Source of the DNA: Ascoidea asiatica JCM 7603
Lineage: Eukaryota > Fungi > Ascomycota
NCBI GenBank assembly: GCA_001600695.1
Contig: BCKQ01000019.1
Location: 87,511 to 151,510 of the forward strand
Direction of reading: 5' to 3'
DNA length: 64,000 nt
The notes beneath the pieces are model-generated. The model made no database searches. It was given only the letters and a program-made list of their open reading frames with translations, and had not been told where the DNA came from. Below are positions 20,498 to 30,945 of the stretch, piece by piece. How positions within the stretch are numbered: position 1 is the stretch's first letter; each line of letters opens with the position of its first letter. Made by a program: the position numbers and the translations under genes.

Positions 20498-22906
20498 ATG
20501 GCTAAAGTTAGAGGTAGAAGAGAAAGCAAAAAAAAAGAAAAAGAACTTAAAAATGAACAAAAAATAAAGAAGGATTTCAAAAATACCATTGAAAATGATC
20601 TAAAAGAAAATAATGCTGAGAATGAGAAATCTACCAAAAAGAAAATAAATTTGAATGAGAAGGAATTGGATGTAGAACTAATCGAACAAAAAAATACAAT
20701 AGAGGAAATTCCAACAACCTTTTATGGTTTATTGGATTCCACCGAAAAAGAATTTTTCAGTCAGGCAGAAATGACATTAAATGCAGATGTATTTGATAGT
20801 CAAGAAGATAAAGACCTTTATATAAAATCAATATTCAATGAAGCCAAAGGAAAAGAGTTAAAACTAGTTACTAATCAAATTTGCTCTAAATTGGTTGAAC
20901 GTTTAATTTTAAGTGCAAAAGATTTTGAATTGAAAGAATTATTTGGATCTTTCCAAGGAAATTTTGTTAAACTAGCTCATCATAAATATTCTTCCCATTG
21001 TATCGAAACTTTATTTGTTAGATGTGCTGCACAAATTCATAAAGAAATCTCGAATCCAAGTTTAGCAAATCTCAAGAAAAGAGATGCTGACAATGATAGT
21101 GATGGTGAAGAAGAAATCGAGTTTGCTCCAATGGAGACATTATTTATCTATATGTTAAATGAATTTATACCTTATCTTCAAGAAATGATATCTCATCAAT
21201 ATGCTTCTCATACTTTAAGATTAATACTTTTAATATTGGGAGGGAAAGAATTACCCTCAGCTGTTGTTGCAGACTCAACTTTAAGGTCAAAAAGATCTAA
21301 AATTGCAAGAAATATGATTGAAATTAAAGATAATGAGGACTTTGCTAAAAAATATCAAATTCCAAAATCATTTACTTTTGAATTAAAGAAAACAATATTC
21401 AATTTATCTCAAAATTTATCTGTTACAAAGTTAAGAGAATATGCTATAGATAAATTATCTTCCCCTGTTATTCAAATATTAATTCAAATTGAACCTATAG
21501 TTGACAAAAAAAGATCTATATATTCATGTATATTCTCTGAAAGTGAAGAAATTGACCAAAAAGAGTCTTCGTTTATGGAATATTGTCTTTCAGATTCTGT
21601 TGGATCTCATTTTTTGGAATTTGTTATATCACATTCAAATCGTAAGCTATCAAATAGATTATATAATTTGTATATGAAAGAAAAAATTATGAAATTAGTC
21701 AATAGATCAACAACAGCAATTTATGTCGTCAAAGCTTTATTAGCGACATTGAAAAAAGATGTGGTAATAGAAATTTTAGACGTTTTAATTCCTAATATAG
21801 CCAAAATAATAGATTTAAGTTTAGATTTTGCTGGAACTGTTTTAGAAAAAGATATAGAAAGAAATTCATATAAAAAAGATGAATTAGTAACAGGTATTTT
21901 GGATAAATTTTCTGGTGTGGTGAAGAAGCCTGCAAAAACTGTTGAATCATCAATTGCTTTCGCTGAACCCAAGGAAGAACTTTCTGACGATTCGTCACCT
22001 AAAAAGATTAATTTATTAGAAAGTATATTGAAATTATCATCTTCCACTTTAGGTAATACTAGAGGTGATTGGCCAACTGCAGAAGAAAGAAGAGATTCAT
22101 TTTTTTTAGAAAAGTTGATAAGTTTTGATACTAAGTTTCGTGATCTAGTTCTTGATGCCTTATTAGAATTGCCAACTGAAAGGTTTGATCAAATGTGCTA
22201 TCATGCTATATTTTGTCATGTTATTGAAATATTTCTTGAAAGTCCAGAGTTATTATCCACTATGCAAAGGAGAAGATTACTAAATAATTTTGAAAATAAA
22301 ATTCCAGATTTATGCTGTAATGTCTATGGCTCTCATTTAGTTGATAAATTATGGTGGTTTACATCGAAACTTGCTCTTTATAAAGAAAGAATTGCTAGGG
22401 AAATGTTAACTAACAGCACCCAAATAAAAAACAGTAGCTATGGGAAAATTGTGTGGAGGAATTGGAAAATGGAATTGTGTTCTAGAAAATGGTCAGACTG
22501 GAAATATGAAGTAAAAGAAACAGATCAGAAATTTGAGCAGCTTGTTAATGAAGTCGATGGAAAAATAGGAAAAAGCACTAAACCAACAATAACGAATAGT
22601 AAAAACTATCAAAATTTTGCTCTTCAGAAAAAACGTAATCCAAATAGAATTGATCAAGGAAGAAATGATCAAGGAAGAAATGATCAAGGTAGAAATGATC
22701 AAGGTAGAAATGGTCGAAATAGTAATTTTGGAAGTCATAGTTTTCAGGATCGAAACAGCAGCAATAATTTTTCTCATGACAATAGCTTTGCCAAACCAAA
22801 TAATAAAAGAAGATTTGGTGAAGAAGGAATAGCTACTTCTAATCAAGATTTTTCTAAACCTCACAAAAAAGTCAGAGGTCGTAATTACAAAAAATTTAAG
22901 GATTAA
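20498..22906 (+). CDS. NOP9: Nucleolar Pumilio-repeat protein Nop9 (18S rRNA maturation)
   Basis: MAKVRGRR start, EAKGKELKLVTNQICSKLVERLIL, HKYSSHCIETLFVR, HQYASHTLRLILLILGG, STLGNTRGDWPTAEERR, CNVYGSHLVDKLW. Confidence 0.93.
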   Translation: MAKVRGRRESKKKEKELKNEQKIKKDFKNTIENDLKENNAENEKSTKKKINLNEKELDVELIEQKNTIEEIPTTFYGLLDSTEKEFFSQAEMTLNADVFDSQEDKDLYIKSIFNEAKGKELKLVTNQICSKLVERLILSAKDFELKELFGSFQGNFVKLAHHKYSSHCIETLFVRCAAQIHKEISNPSLANLKKRDADNDSDGEEEIEFAPMETLFIYMLNEFIPYLQEMISHQYASHTLRLILLILGGKELPSAVVADSTLRSKRSKIARNMIEIKDNEDFAKKYQIPKSFTFELKKTIFNLSQNLSVTKLREYAIDKLSSPVIQILIQIEPIVDKKRSIYSCIFSESEEIDQKESSFMEYCLSDSVGSHFLEFVISHSNRKLSNRLYNLYMKEKIMKLVNRSTTAIYVVKALLATLKKDVVIEILDVLIPNIAKIIDLSLDFAGTVLEKDIERNSYKKDELVTGILDKFSGVVKKPAKTVESSIAFAEPKEELSDDSSPKKINLLESILKLSSSTLGNTRGDWPTAEERRDSFFLEKLISFDTKFRDLVLDALLELPTERFDQMCYHAIFCHVIEIFLESPELLSTMQRRRLLNNFENKIPDLCCNVYGSHLVDKLWWFTSKLALYKERIAREMLTNSTQIKNSSYGKIVWRNWKMELCSRKWSDWKYEVKETDQKFEQLVNEVDGKIGKSTKPTITNSKNYQNFALQKKRNPNRIDQGRNDQGRNDQGRNDQGRNGRNSNFGSHSFQDRNSSNNFSHDNSFAKPNNKRRFGEEGIATSNQDFSKPHKKVRGRNYKKFKD
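22652..22711 (+). repeat. 15-bp coding tandem repeat x4 (GATCAAGGWAGAAAT; DQGRN) in the Nop9 tail
   Basis: Four consecutive units read directly; the first two use GGA and the last two GGT. Confidence 0.95.
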
Positions 22907-23140
22907 TGATTTGGTAGAATTATTATATAGAAGGCATATAGGTTTTAAATAAAAAATTAAAGACATCTAATATAACGTATACTAAATGAGCAATAGAAAG
23001 TCTTGATGTAAAACTATATATTAGTAAAAATGTTTTCATGAGCTATGTGAGAGAAGAATTGAAGGAAAAAAAAACTATAACTATAATTATAAATAAAAAA
23101 AAAACTAAATAAAAATGAAAATGCATAACGTTTAAAACTT

Positions 23141-26100
23141 TCAAGGCCTTTGCTCATTAATTATAGATTCTCTATCGGCGTTGAGTGCTTTACTAGCACC
23201 AGTTTGATTTTCTTCAACGTCAGGATCTACGCTATTAACATCGTTATAACTAGAACGATCATCATCTTCCTCCTCTTCTTCTTCATCAGAATCCGTTTTA
23301 GGGTCCAGAGCATGATCAACAGAAACTCTTCTTTGGAAATCTTTTATATGAGCACGAGTGATAACTCTGCTTATAGTTCTTATTAGACGAGCTTTTGAAG
23401 CAAATGATGCATTACTTTCGGTTTCATGAGCTCCTTCTTCAGCAGTTGCACCATATTCACCATGATGAGATGGAGCTCGGGATCTTGTAGAGAATCTACG
23501 AGGATGTAAACCTTCCTCCATATTTGAAGAAGAATCAATGACTGCTTCATCATCGTTAGGAGCAAAATAACGAGAAGATTTGATTGAAAATCTTGGAGAT
23601 TTGATAGGATTTGGATTCTTTATACTAGATTGAGAAAGGAATTGTGAAGCCTGAGCTGGCTGAGTGAGATCATTTTCATTCTCTTCTAATATAACATTAA
23701 TTTCATTGATGCCATTATCAGCAAATTTCTTGGCAGGAATATTAACTCTTCTAATAATAGGATAAGGTAAAGGTGTTTCTCTATAAGCTTTTAATAAATG
23801 AACATTAGTACAATGCTCATTTTCCATTCTAAAAAAAATCCAAATAAATCTTCTTATTACTTCTGCAAGTCCAACAAAAAAACTTGTGATTGGACTAAAT
23901 CTTATTGATTCGGAAAAAAAAGCATAAAAAATCCATTGAAATCTCAATATAACATCTTCAATAATAGCAAAATAATAAAATAATGGATTTTTATAGGCTA
24001 AATCATCTCTTAGTAAAAAATTTTTGGAATCTAACTGAAAAAGTGACCAGTCCATAAGAACATCCCAAATTGAAGAATAAACAGAATTCAAAGCGGCAAA
24101 GAAAATAAAAGTAGTTCTATTTGTATGTGTTCTATCAATTCTATAAACTGACATCATCATATAATACAATGTTGAAACGAGATATTTTAGCATATTTGCA
24201 ATATGAGGAAATTTATCACCAGTATCAGCATATCTTCTAAAACATTGTAAAAGTCTCCAAATACTTGGTAAAGCCTGCATAAAACCCAGAGCTCTTGATT
24301 TTGAAGATCCACATGGAGCACAATCACAGCCATCTAGAACCCCTTTGAATTCAGTAGAATATGTGCAAAGTACGAAAGCAATATTACCCAATGCATACGT
24401 CAATGAACAAAATATATCTCCTAGGAAAAAATCTCTGAATTCAACAGGATAAAAGCCTGACCATAATAATCTCCAGATTGCAATTTGACACCATCTTCTT
24501 GAATGAAAATAAAAAATTTTAAATGGCATTAAAAATAAAAATAAGAAAAATCCAATAAAAAACCAAGGTAAATATCTACCTGGGATTATAGTATTTGGAT
24601 AATTGAAATTTTCAAAAGACAACCAAGAAATCAAACAACCGAAAAATAAAAAAAAAGAAGGAAAGAAAAAAAATTGTCTGAAATCTAGAACATTAAAACT
24701 ATTAAATTCAAATATAAATTTATAATTAATCTTATAATAATACCAAGCTAAACAATTGATACCAAAAAATAAAGACATAATAATTGGTTGTAAAAACCCT
24801 CCCCAAATTTGAAATAAAGTTTTTGATTCAGGTAATGAATTATTAGAATAATTTTTTGCACCAATATATATAGATAATATCAAAATTGGTAAACTTAATC
24901 CTAAAAATAAACCAGAAGAAAAAAGAGATAAATAATAAGTTTGAGGTATTTCTTTTTTCCTTAATTTTTCAACAGCTAATTTTCTATTACCTTTTAAAAA
25001 ATGTAATGAATACATATCTTCAATTTTTGGTATTAAATTATCTAATACATCACTTGTTGAGAAATAACAATTATTAACTTTATCCATATACCATTGAGAC
25101 CATTTTGAGTTAGTTTGTTTATCAAATTTCTTAATCATTTTTCTAAAACCAGTTCTATTCAAAGCTCTATAGTTTTTTAACAATTCTGTAAAATTATAAA
25201 ATTCTAATAAAGCTAATTTTAATTGTCTTTTAGCTTGTTGATACGGTATACTTGAACTATTATTATAATTAAAAGTTTGAGGTTTTTTTCTTCTATAATC
25301 TTTTTTATTGAATCTTGGATCATCTTTACCCTTTTTATTATGATTATTATTATTATTATTTATGTCATTATTATTTCTTTGATTGTCATCATCTTCTTCT
25401 TCTTCGTCGTCATCTAAATAATCATTATTATTTGTATTGTTATTATTTTGAGTATCTTGATCATTATCACTTGAATCATCAGAATTATTTTTTTCAATTG
25501 AATTTTTATTTTTTAAAAATCTTAGTTTTGGTAAAGTTGGTAGTTCAAATTTGGAAATTGTTCTTGTAGTTAATCTTGAAGTTTTTTGAAATAAAATATT
25601 ATTACTATTATTTTCAATAAATTTAGGTTTATTGTTTTTATTATTTGTGTTATTATTATTAATTGAATTAGAGTTAAAATTAGAAATAATTGAATTTAAA
25701 TGAATGGAATTATTTGATAATTCTTTTAAACGTAATTTTTGTTCATGTAATTGAATTAATTGATCTTGTAAAAGTAGAAATCTATCAAGACATTGAACTT
25801 CTTTTTCTTTATAAAATAGATCAACTTTAATTAGTTGTAAATCTAACCATTTAATAAAATCCACTTTAGATTTATAATTTTGTTGAATAATAAGTAAATT
25901 ATTATCGATATTATTTTTGGTTGAGTTTGCTTGATTAATAGAAAAAGAGTTATTATTATTATTATTATTATCATTGATATTATTAATTGAAGTTAAATTA
26001 TGTAAATGAATTTGATTTGTGATATTATTAAAACTTGAACGTTTTTTAATATTTTTAAGAATTGAATTATTTGTATTAATATGTCTTAAAGAATTTATAG

Positions 26101-26729
26101 CTTTTTTAAAAGAAGAAGTTTCTGGAAATATATCTGGATTATTGTTATTATTGTTGTTATTACCATTTGTTTTTGGTTTTGATTTTAAATTTAATTTCAA
26201 ATTTGATTTTGGTTTAAGTGAGTTAGATTGTGATTGTTGTTGAGATTGTTGTTGAGAGTGCAGATTTAATATGGAAGGTAAAGGTTCTAATAAAGGAGTC
26301 TTATCATTTACTTCATCAGTATTATTTATCTCATTATTATTAATGTTGCCATTATTATTATTGTTGTTTGTGAGATTAGGAAGAATTGCAGGAGGAGGTA
26401 AAGCAAAACTAAAAGAATTATTTGAGTATCTTCTTTGTTTTTTCTTTGAGCCAGTTGAATATGGAGTTGAAGATAATAATGGACTTACAATTGGATTATT
26501 GTTATTATTATTATTGTTGTTATTGTTTATATTAATATTATTTACGTTACTTATATTATTTTCTAAGTCAAATTGATTATTATATTGATTACTGAATTGA
26601 TTATTAAATTGGTTGTTATCTTGATTAATATCTTGAATATCATTTTCAACTGGAGTATAATTAAAAGGATATGAATTTTCTAATAATTCAGTTGGAATAA
26701 TATATTCATTAAGCTCATTGTTATTGTTA

Positions 26730-26762
<33 letters not shown>

Positions 26763-26941
26763 GAATTAAGAGATTTTAAACTATTTTGATTATTATTCTT
26801 TAAACTAAAATTATAAATTGATTTTGAAGTTGATTGTAAATCAGGAATTTTTTTAAGTAATTTTTTACCTTGTTTATAATTTAAATATTTATCTTTCCAT
26901 TCAGGAATTAAATTTTCATTTAAATTTTGAGCAAATTTCAT
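23141..26941 (-). CDS. SYG1: SPX-EXS domain protein (Syg1/XPR1/PHO1 phosphate-exporter family)
   Basis: SPX: MKFAQNLNENLIPEWKDKYLNYKQGKK and LNRTGFRKMIKKFDK. EXS: INYKFIFE, PVEFRDFFLGDIFCSLTY, WRLLQCFRRY, WDVLMDWSL, RRFIWIFFRMENEH. Large Asn-rich insertions in the SPX domain. Confidence 0.93.
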
Positions 26942-27737
26942 TTTGATATATAGTATAGTATATGATATATGGTATATGATATATGATATATGATAGATAA
27001 TAAAAGATTTAATGAAATTTGATTAGAATAATTGTAAATAAATGAAAAAAAGCTTAGATTAATTCAACCACATAACTTTTGTTTTAAAGAATTATGAATA
27101 AATAATAGTTGTTTTTTGTATATTATTTATTTATGACTAATGGATAATAGATAATGGATAATTTATGATAGGTTGATTATCCAATTTAATCAATCTCCTT
27201 AATTGATGGATATAATAGAATTGTCTTTGAGTGCTTTGATTATCTAAATGTTTGAATACGATTTGGAATATGATTTGGAATATGTCTTGTGATATGTTGA
27301 AATAAAAAGATTGAGAAATAAAATAAAATAAAATTCAGTCTTAGACTTTGTAAATTGATATCAGTATTTATTTAGGAGTCAATTGATTACAATAACTGCA
27401 TTTCGATATGTAAATAAATATATTCAAATAAACATTCACTAAAATATTTTCGTTGGAATTGATTCTTTATTTGTTTGTTTATTTTTCAGTATTATTTTTT
27501 AGTTTCCTCTGAATTTTTATTTTCAATTTCACTTTCACTTTCACCTTTATTTTTATTTTTATTTTTTTTTTATTTTTATTTAGACTCGCAGCCGTGTAAA
27601 GCGTTGATTGCAAAGTTAATCATTTCTTAACATATAAAAAATTCCGTCAAATTTCAGATGCTATGTACGGACACAATTCAGAAATATTCAGGGCAGAAAA
27701 GTAGGGAAGCATATGCATACGCAAACATATAGGGCAA

Positions 27738-27745
27738 CACGTGGG
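27738..27745. promoter_or_regulatory. Pho4-type E-box CACGTGGG in the SYG1/DFG10 divergent promoter
   Basis: Exact CACGTGGG within a GC-rich island upstream of a phosphate-homeostasis gene. Confidence 0.4.
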
Positions 27746-28109
27746 CTAAGCAAGAACACCCACAAAAATGGACTCGTCGGTTATTTTTTTATTTATTTCC
27801 GAAAAAAAAAACTGGATTTTATTTTCCGATGCATGGAACTTCAAACAAATAATGTAACCATATCCATACCCGCTAACATTTCGGATTTATCAAAATCCGC
27901 CGTGTTTACTATTTTTTCGCCAGTTCTGCGGGTTTTCTTTTTTATTTCGTATTTTTTTAGCGAGTTTAAAATTGAAGCTTTAAAATCTCAATTTGGAATG
28001 GATGAGAATAAACATGAAATAAATATGAAATATGAAATATAAGAAATAATTAAGAATTAAATAACAAATATAGATGTAAAATAGACGTTGATATATTCAA
28101 TAACTAACA

Positions 28110-29081
28110 ATGATCATATATCTAGATCTCATATTATCCATTGGCTTTGTAATTGAAATATTTGCTGTTTTAACTGCTTATTTATATCCTCCTTTTAATC
28201 CATTTTTAAAATATGGTAAAACACTTAATCAAAAGAATAATAACAATAATCAAAATGAGATCAAACATAAAAATTACAATAATTTTCAAAAATTAATTCA
28301 ATTTATATTAACCTTAACTTTACCAAAATATTTCTTTTATCATTTTTATCTTTTATCTTCTTTCTTATCAATAATCAATATATTATTACTAGCTAATCCA
28401 AATCTAATTCAAAATTTATTAATATTATTTTCCAATTTCACTTTCACTTTCAATTTATATTTTGAATTTAAGTTGAATTATTTCAATTATAATTTAAACA
28501 ATATAAATGAATTTAATAATTTTAAAATTTCTTTAATTTTAATTTTTATTCATTCAATTAGAAGATTATTTGAAACTTTATTTATTTCAAAATTTAATAA
28601 ATTTTCAAAAATTAATTTATTTCATTATTTAGTTGGAATTTATCTTTATTTTTCAATCAATTTTAATTTCTTTGTATATCTATTCATAAATAATCTCAAT
28701 CATTATAATATCTACAATAATCTAAATTCATTATCAATTAAACAAATTATAATAATTATAATAAATTTATTAAATCAATTTGATCAATTTAATAATCATT
28801 ATTATCTTTCAACTTTAAATAAAATTCAATCATCAAATTCACTTAATTATACAAAACCAAATAAATATCATTTTAAATATAATTTAAATGCTCATTATTT
28901 TAATGATATTATAATTTATTTTTTAAATATTTTTTTATTACCTTTAAATTTATTAAATTATTTAATCTTTTTTTGGACTTTTATAAATTTATTAATATCT
29001 TCAATTCAAAATTATAATTATTATTATAATAAAAATAGTTCAATTAATAAGCAATATAAGTTAATCACTTTTATTTATTAA
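28110..29081 (+). CDS. DFG10: Polyprenol reductase (steroid 5-alpha-reductase family), highly AT-biased
   Basis: FLKYGKT, LTLPKYFFYHFY, HSIRRLFETLF, KINLFHYLVG, DQFNNHYYL, HYFNDIIIY, NLLISS; multiple TM segments. Confidence 0.8.
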   Translation: MIIYLDLILSIGFVIEIFAVLTAYLYPPFNPFLKYGKTLNQKNNNNNQNEIKHKNYNNFQKLIQFILTLTLPKYFFYHFYLLSSFLSIINILLLANPNLIQNLLILFSNFTFTFNLYFEFKLNYFNYNLNNINEFNNFKISLILIFIHSIRRLFETLFISKFNKFSKINLFHYLVGIYLYFSINFNFFVYLFINNLNHYNIYNNLNSLSIKQIIIIIINLLNQFDQFNNHYYLSTLNKIQSSNSLNYTKPNKYHFKYNLNAHYFNDIIIYFLNIFLLPLNLLNYLIFFWTFINLLISSIQNYNYYYNKNSSINKQYKLITFIY

Positions 29082-29246
29082 GTAATTAGAAATAAAAAAA
29101 AGTAAAGAAATAATCTATTTACAAGTTGCTTTTTTTTTTTATTTCTTAATTATTATATATGTATTATTACTATATTTTATATCATTTTATATCATTTTAT
29201 ATTAGTTTATATTAGTTTATAAGTTAATTTAAATTTTTTTAAAACA

Positions 29247-30332
29247 TTAATTTTTATCATTATCATCATCTTTTTTAATAAAAGATTTGAAAATATTTTT
29301 CTCAATCTCTTTTCTTTTATGTTTTATAATTAATTTACTTGGACGACCTCTTATTCTACCAATTTGATTTGAAGAATTTTTTAAACTTAAACTTTTCTTA
29401 TTTGCTTTTAATTTTAATTCTTTTAATTCTTTTAACTCTTTTAATTCATCTGGTGACATTAATGGTTTTAATTCTTTAATTTTTTTATTTGGTATATTTT
29501 CCCATTCTGGATAATATTCTAATCCAGTTGAAGAAAATGACCAAATTGATTCAAAATTATCATTATCATTATTAAGGATACTATTGTTATTATTACTATT
29601 ATTATTATTATTATTAAATGTTGAATTTGGTGATGTTAAATCTTTTAAAGTTACTCTTTTTTTTGGTTTTATAAAAATTGGTCTATAACCTGCAAATAAA
29701 TTTGAAATTCTTAAATCATCAAAAGGTATAATATAATCATCTATTGGAGCTTTTGGTAATGAATCATAACTCATTTGTTTTGATTTTTTATTTAATTTAT
29801 TCTTTGCAATTAATCTTGGTTTATTTAAAGTTCTTTTAATTTTATTATCTGTAATATTAGTAGTGTTATTATTATTATTATTAGAAGTACTAGAAGTACT
29901 AGAAGTGGAAATAGAATTTGAATTAGAATCAGAAATAGAATTAGAATCATTATTTAAATTTAAATTATTTTTAATATTAATATTATCATTTTGATTTTGA
30001 TTTTTGTTTTTAATATCTAAATCTTTTAAATTTAATTTCAAATCAGAATCTAATTCTAATTTCAATTCTAAATTTAAATTTGAATCATTTTTAAGATTTT
30101 TAGAATCTTCATTAATTAATTTATCATTTAATTTTTTATCATTATCATTTCCATTATTATTAGTTGGTTGTTGTTTTAATAAAGGTTTGACTTTTGTTGG
30201 ATTTGAATTTAAATTTATTAAACTTGATGAAAGACATCTTTTTGAATTAAATGAAAGATTTGGTAAAATAACATTTTGATTATGAATGAAAGTAAGTTTT
30301 GTAGTGTTTAAAAGCACTGATCTTGATAACAT
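29247..30332 (-). CDS. Pet20/Sue1-family mitochondrial protein
   Basis: Presequence-like N-terminus (MLSRSVLL...KRCLSSS). Conserved blocks LPKAPIDDYI...LFAGYRPI and W-x-x-SSTGLEYYPEWENIP...IKELKP. Confidence 0.65.
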   Translation of the reverse strand: MLSRSVLLNTTKLTFIHNQNVILPNLSFNSKRCLSSSLINLNSNPTKVKPLLKQQPTNNNGNDNDKKLNDKLINEDSKNLKNDSNLNLELKLELDSDLKLNLKDLDIKNKNQNQNDNINIKNNLNLNNDSNSISDSNSNSISTSSTSSTSNNNNNNTTNITDNKIKRTLNKPRLIAKNKLNKKSKQMSYDSLPKAPIDDYIIPFDDLRISNLFAGYRPIFIKPKKRVTLKDLTSPNSTFNNNNNNSNNNNSILNNDNDNFESIWSFSSTGLEYYPEWENIPNKKIKELKPLMSPDELKELKELKELKLKANKKSLSLKNSSNQIGRIRGRPSKLIIKHKRKEIEKNIFKSFIKKDDDNDKN

Positions 30333-30655
30333 TTTTTTATATAAATGAGTAACGTTGAAAGTGATGAAACCTGCTTTTGCAATAGTTCAAGCAGTGATAT
30401 ATCAATAAAAGTAGTTGTTATTGAATATCAATAGAATAAATGATATATTGATAATAGATTTGAATAAATAATAGAATATAAACCTGAGCAGAGGTGATAA
30501 CTTCGAGTCTTATCTCGTTTTGCTTCTTGTCATTCAGTCAAATCAAATCAATCTCAAACAGATCCACGTAAATTCAAAACGAGCTGGGCTTCAAAACTAA
30601 AACTAAAACCAAAATCAAATTCAAAATTCAAATTCATTCGAAGGCAAAAAAAAGG

Positions 30656-30663
30656 GTCACGTG
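30656..30663. promoter_or_regulatory. Cbf1-type site GTCACGTG
   Basis: Exact match in the GC island upstream of the PET20-like gene; a second GTCACGTG lies at 54426-54433. Confidence 0.5.
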
Positions 30664-30945
30664 GATAAATCACGTTTTTATACAAGACCATAAATAAGGT
30701 ACTACCAACTAAACGGGTTCAATAAATTGAGACCGTTTTTAAGGATTTCCTTTTTTTTTTTTTTTAAATCCGTAATCCCCGTGAGTCCAGTTTTATGGTT
30801 TTTATTTTATTTTGCTGCTTCTGCTGTTTCTGCTGCTTCTGCTGTTTCTGCTGCTTCTGCTGCTTCTGCTTCTGGTAAATAAACCTATATTCAACTATAA
30901 CTTATATAACTTATAAAACAGATACAGTCCCCTAATCAAGAATAA

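Noticed and set aside
30361-30487. GTGATGA...CTGA box C/D snoRNA-like pair
   Set aside because: No terminal stem or recognisable rRNA guide, and it lies antisense to the PET20-like 5' leader.
30656-30780. CDEI-like GTCACGTG as part of a point centromere
   Set aside because: No very AT-rich CDEII or CCGAA-type CDEIII at the expected spacing; context is an ordinary promoter.
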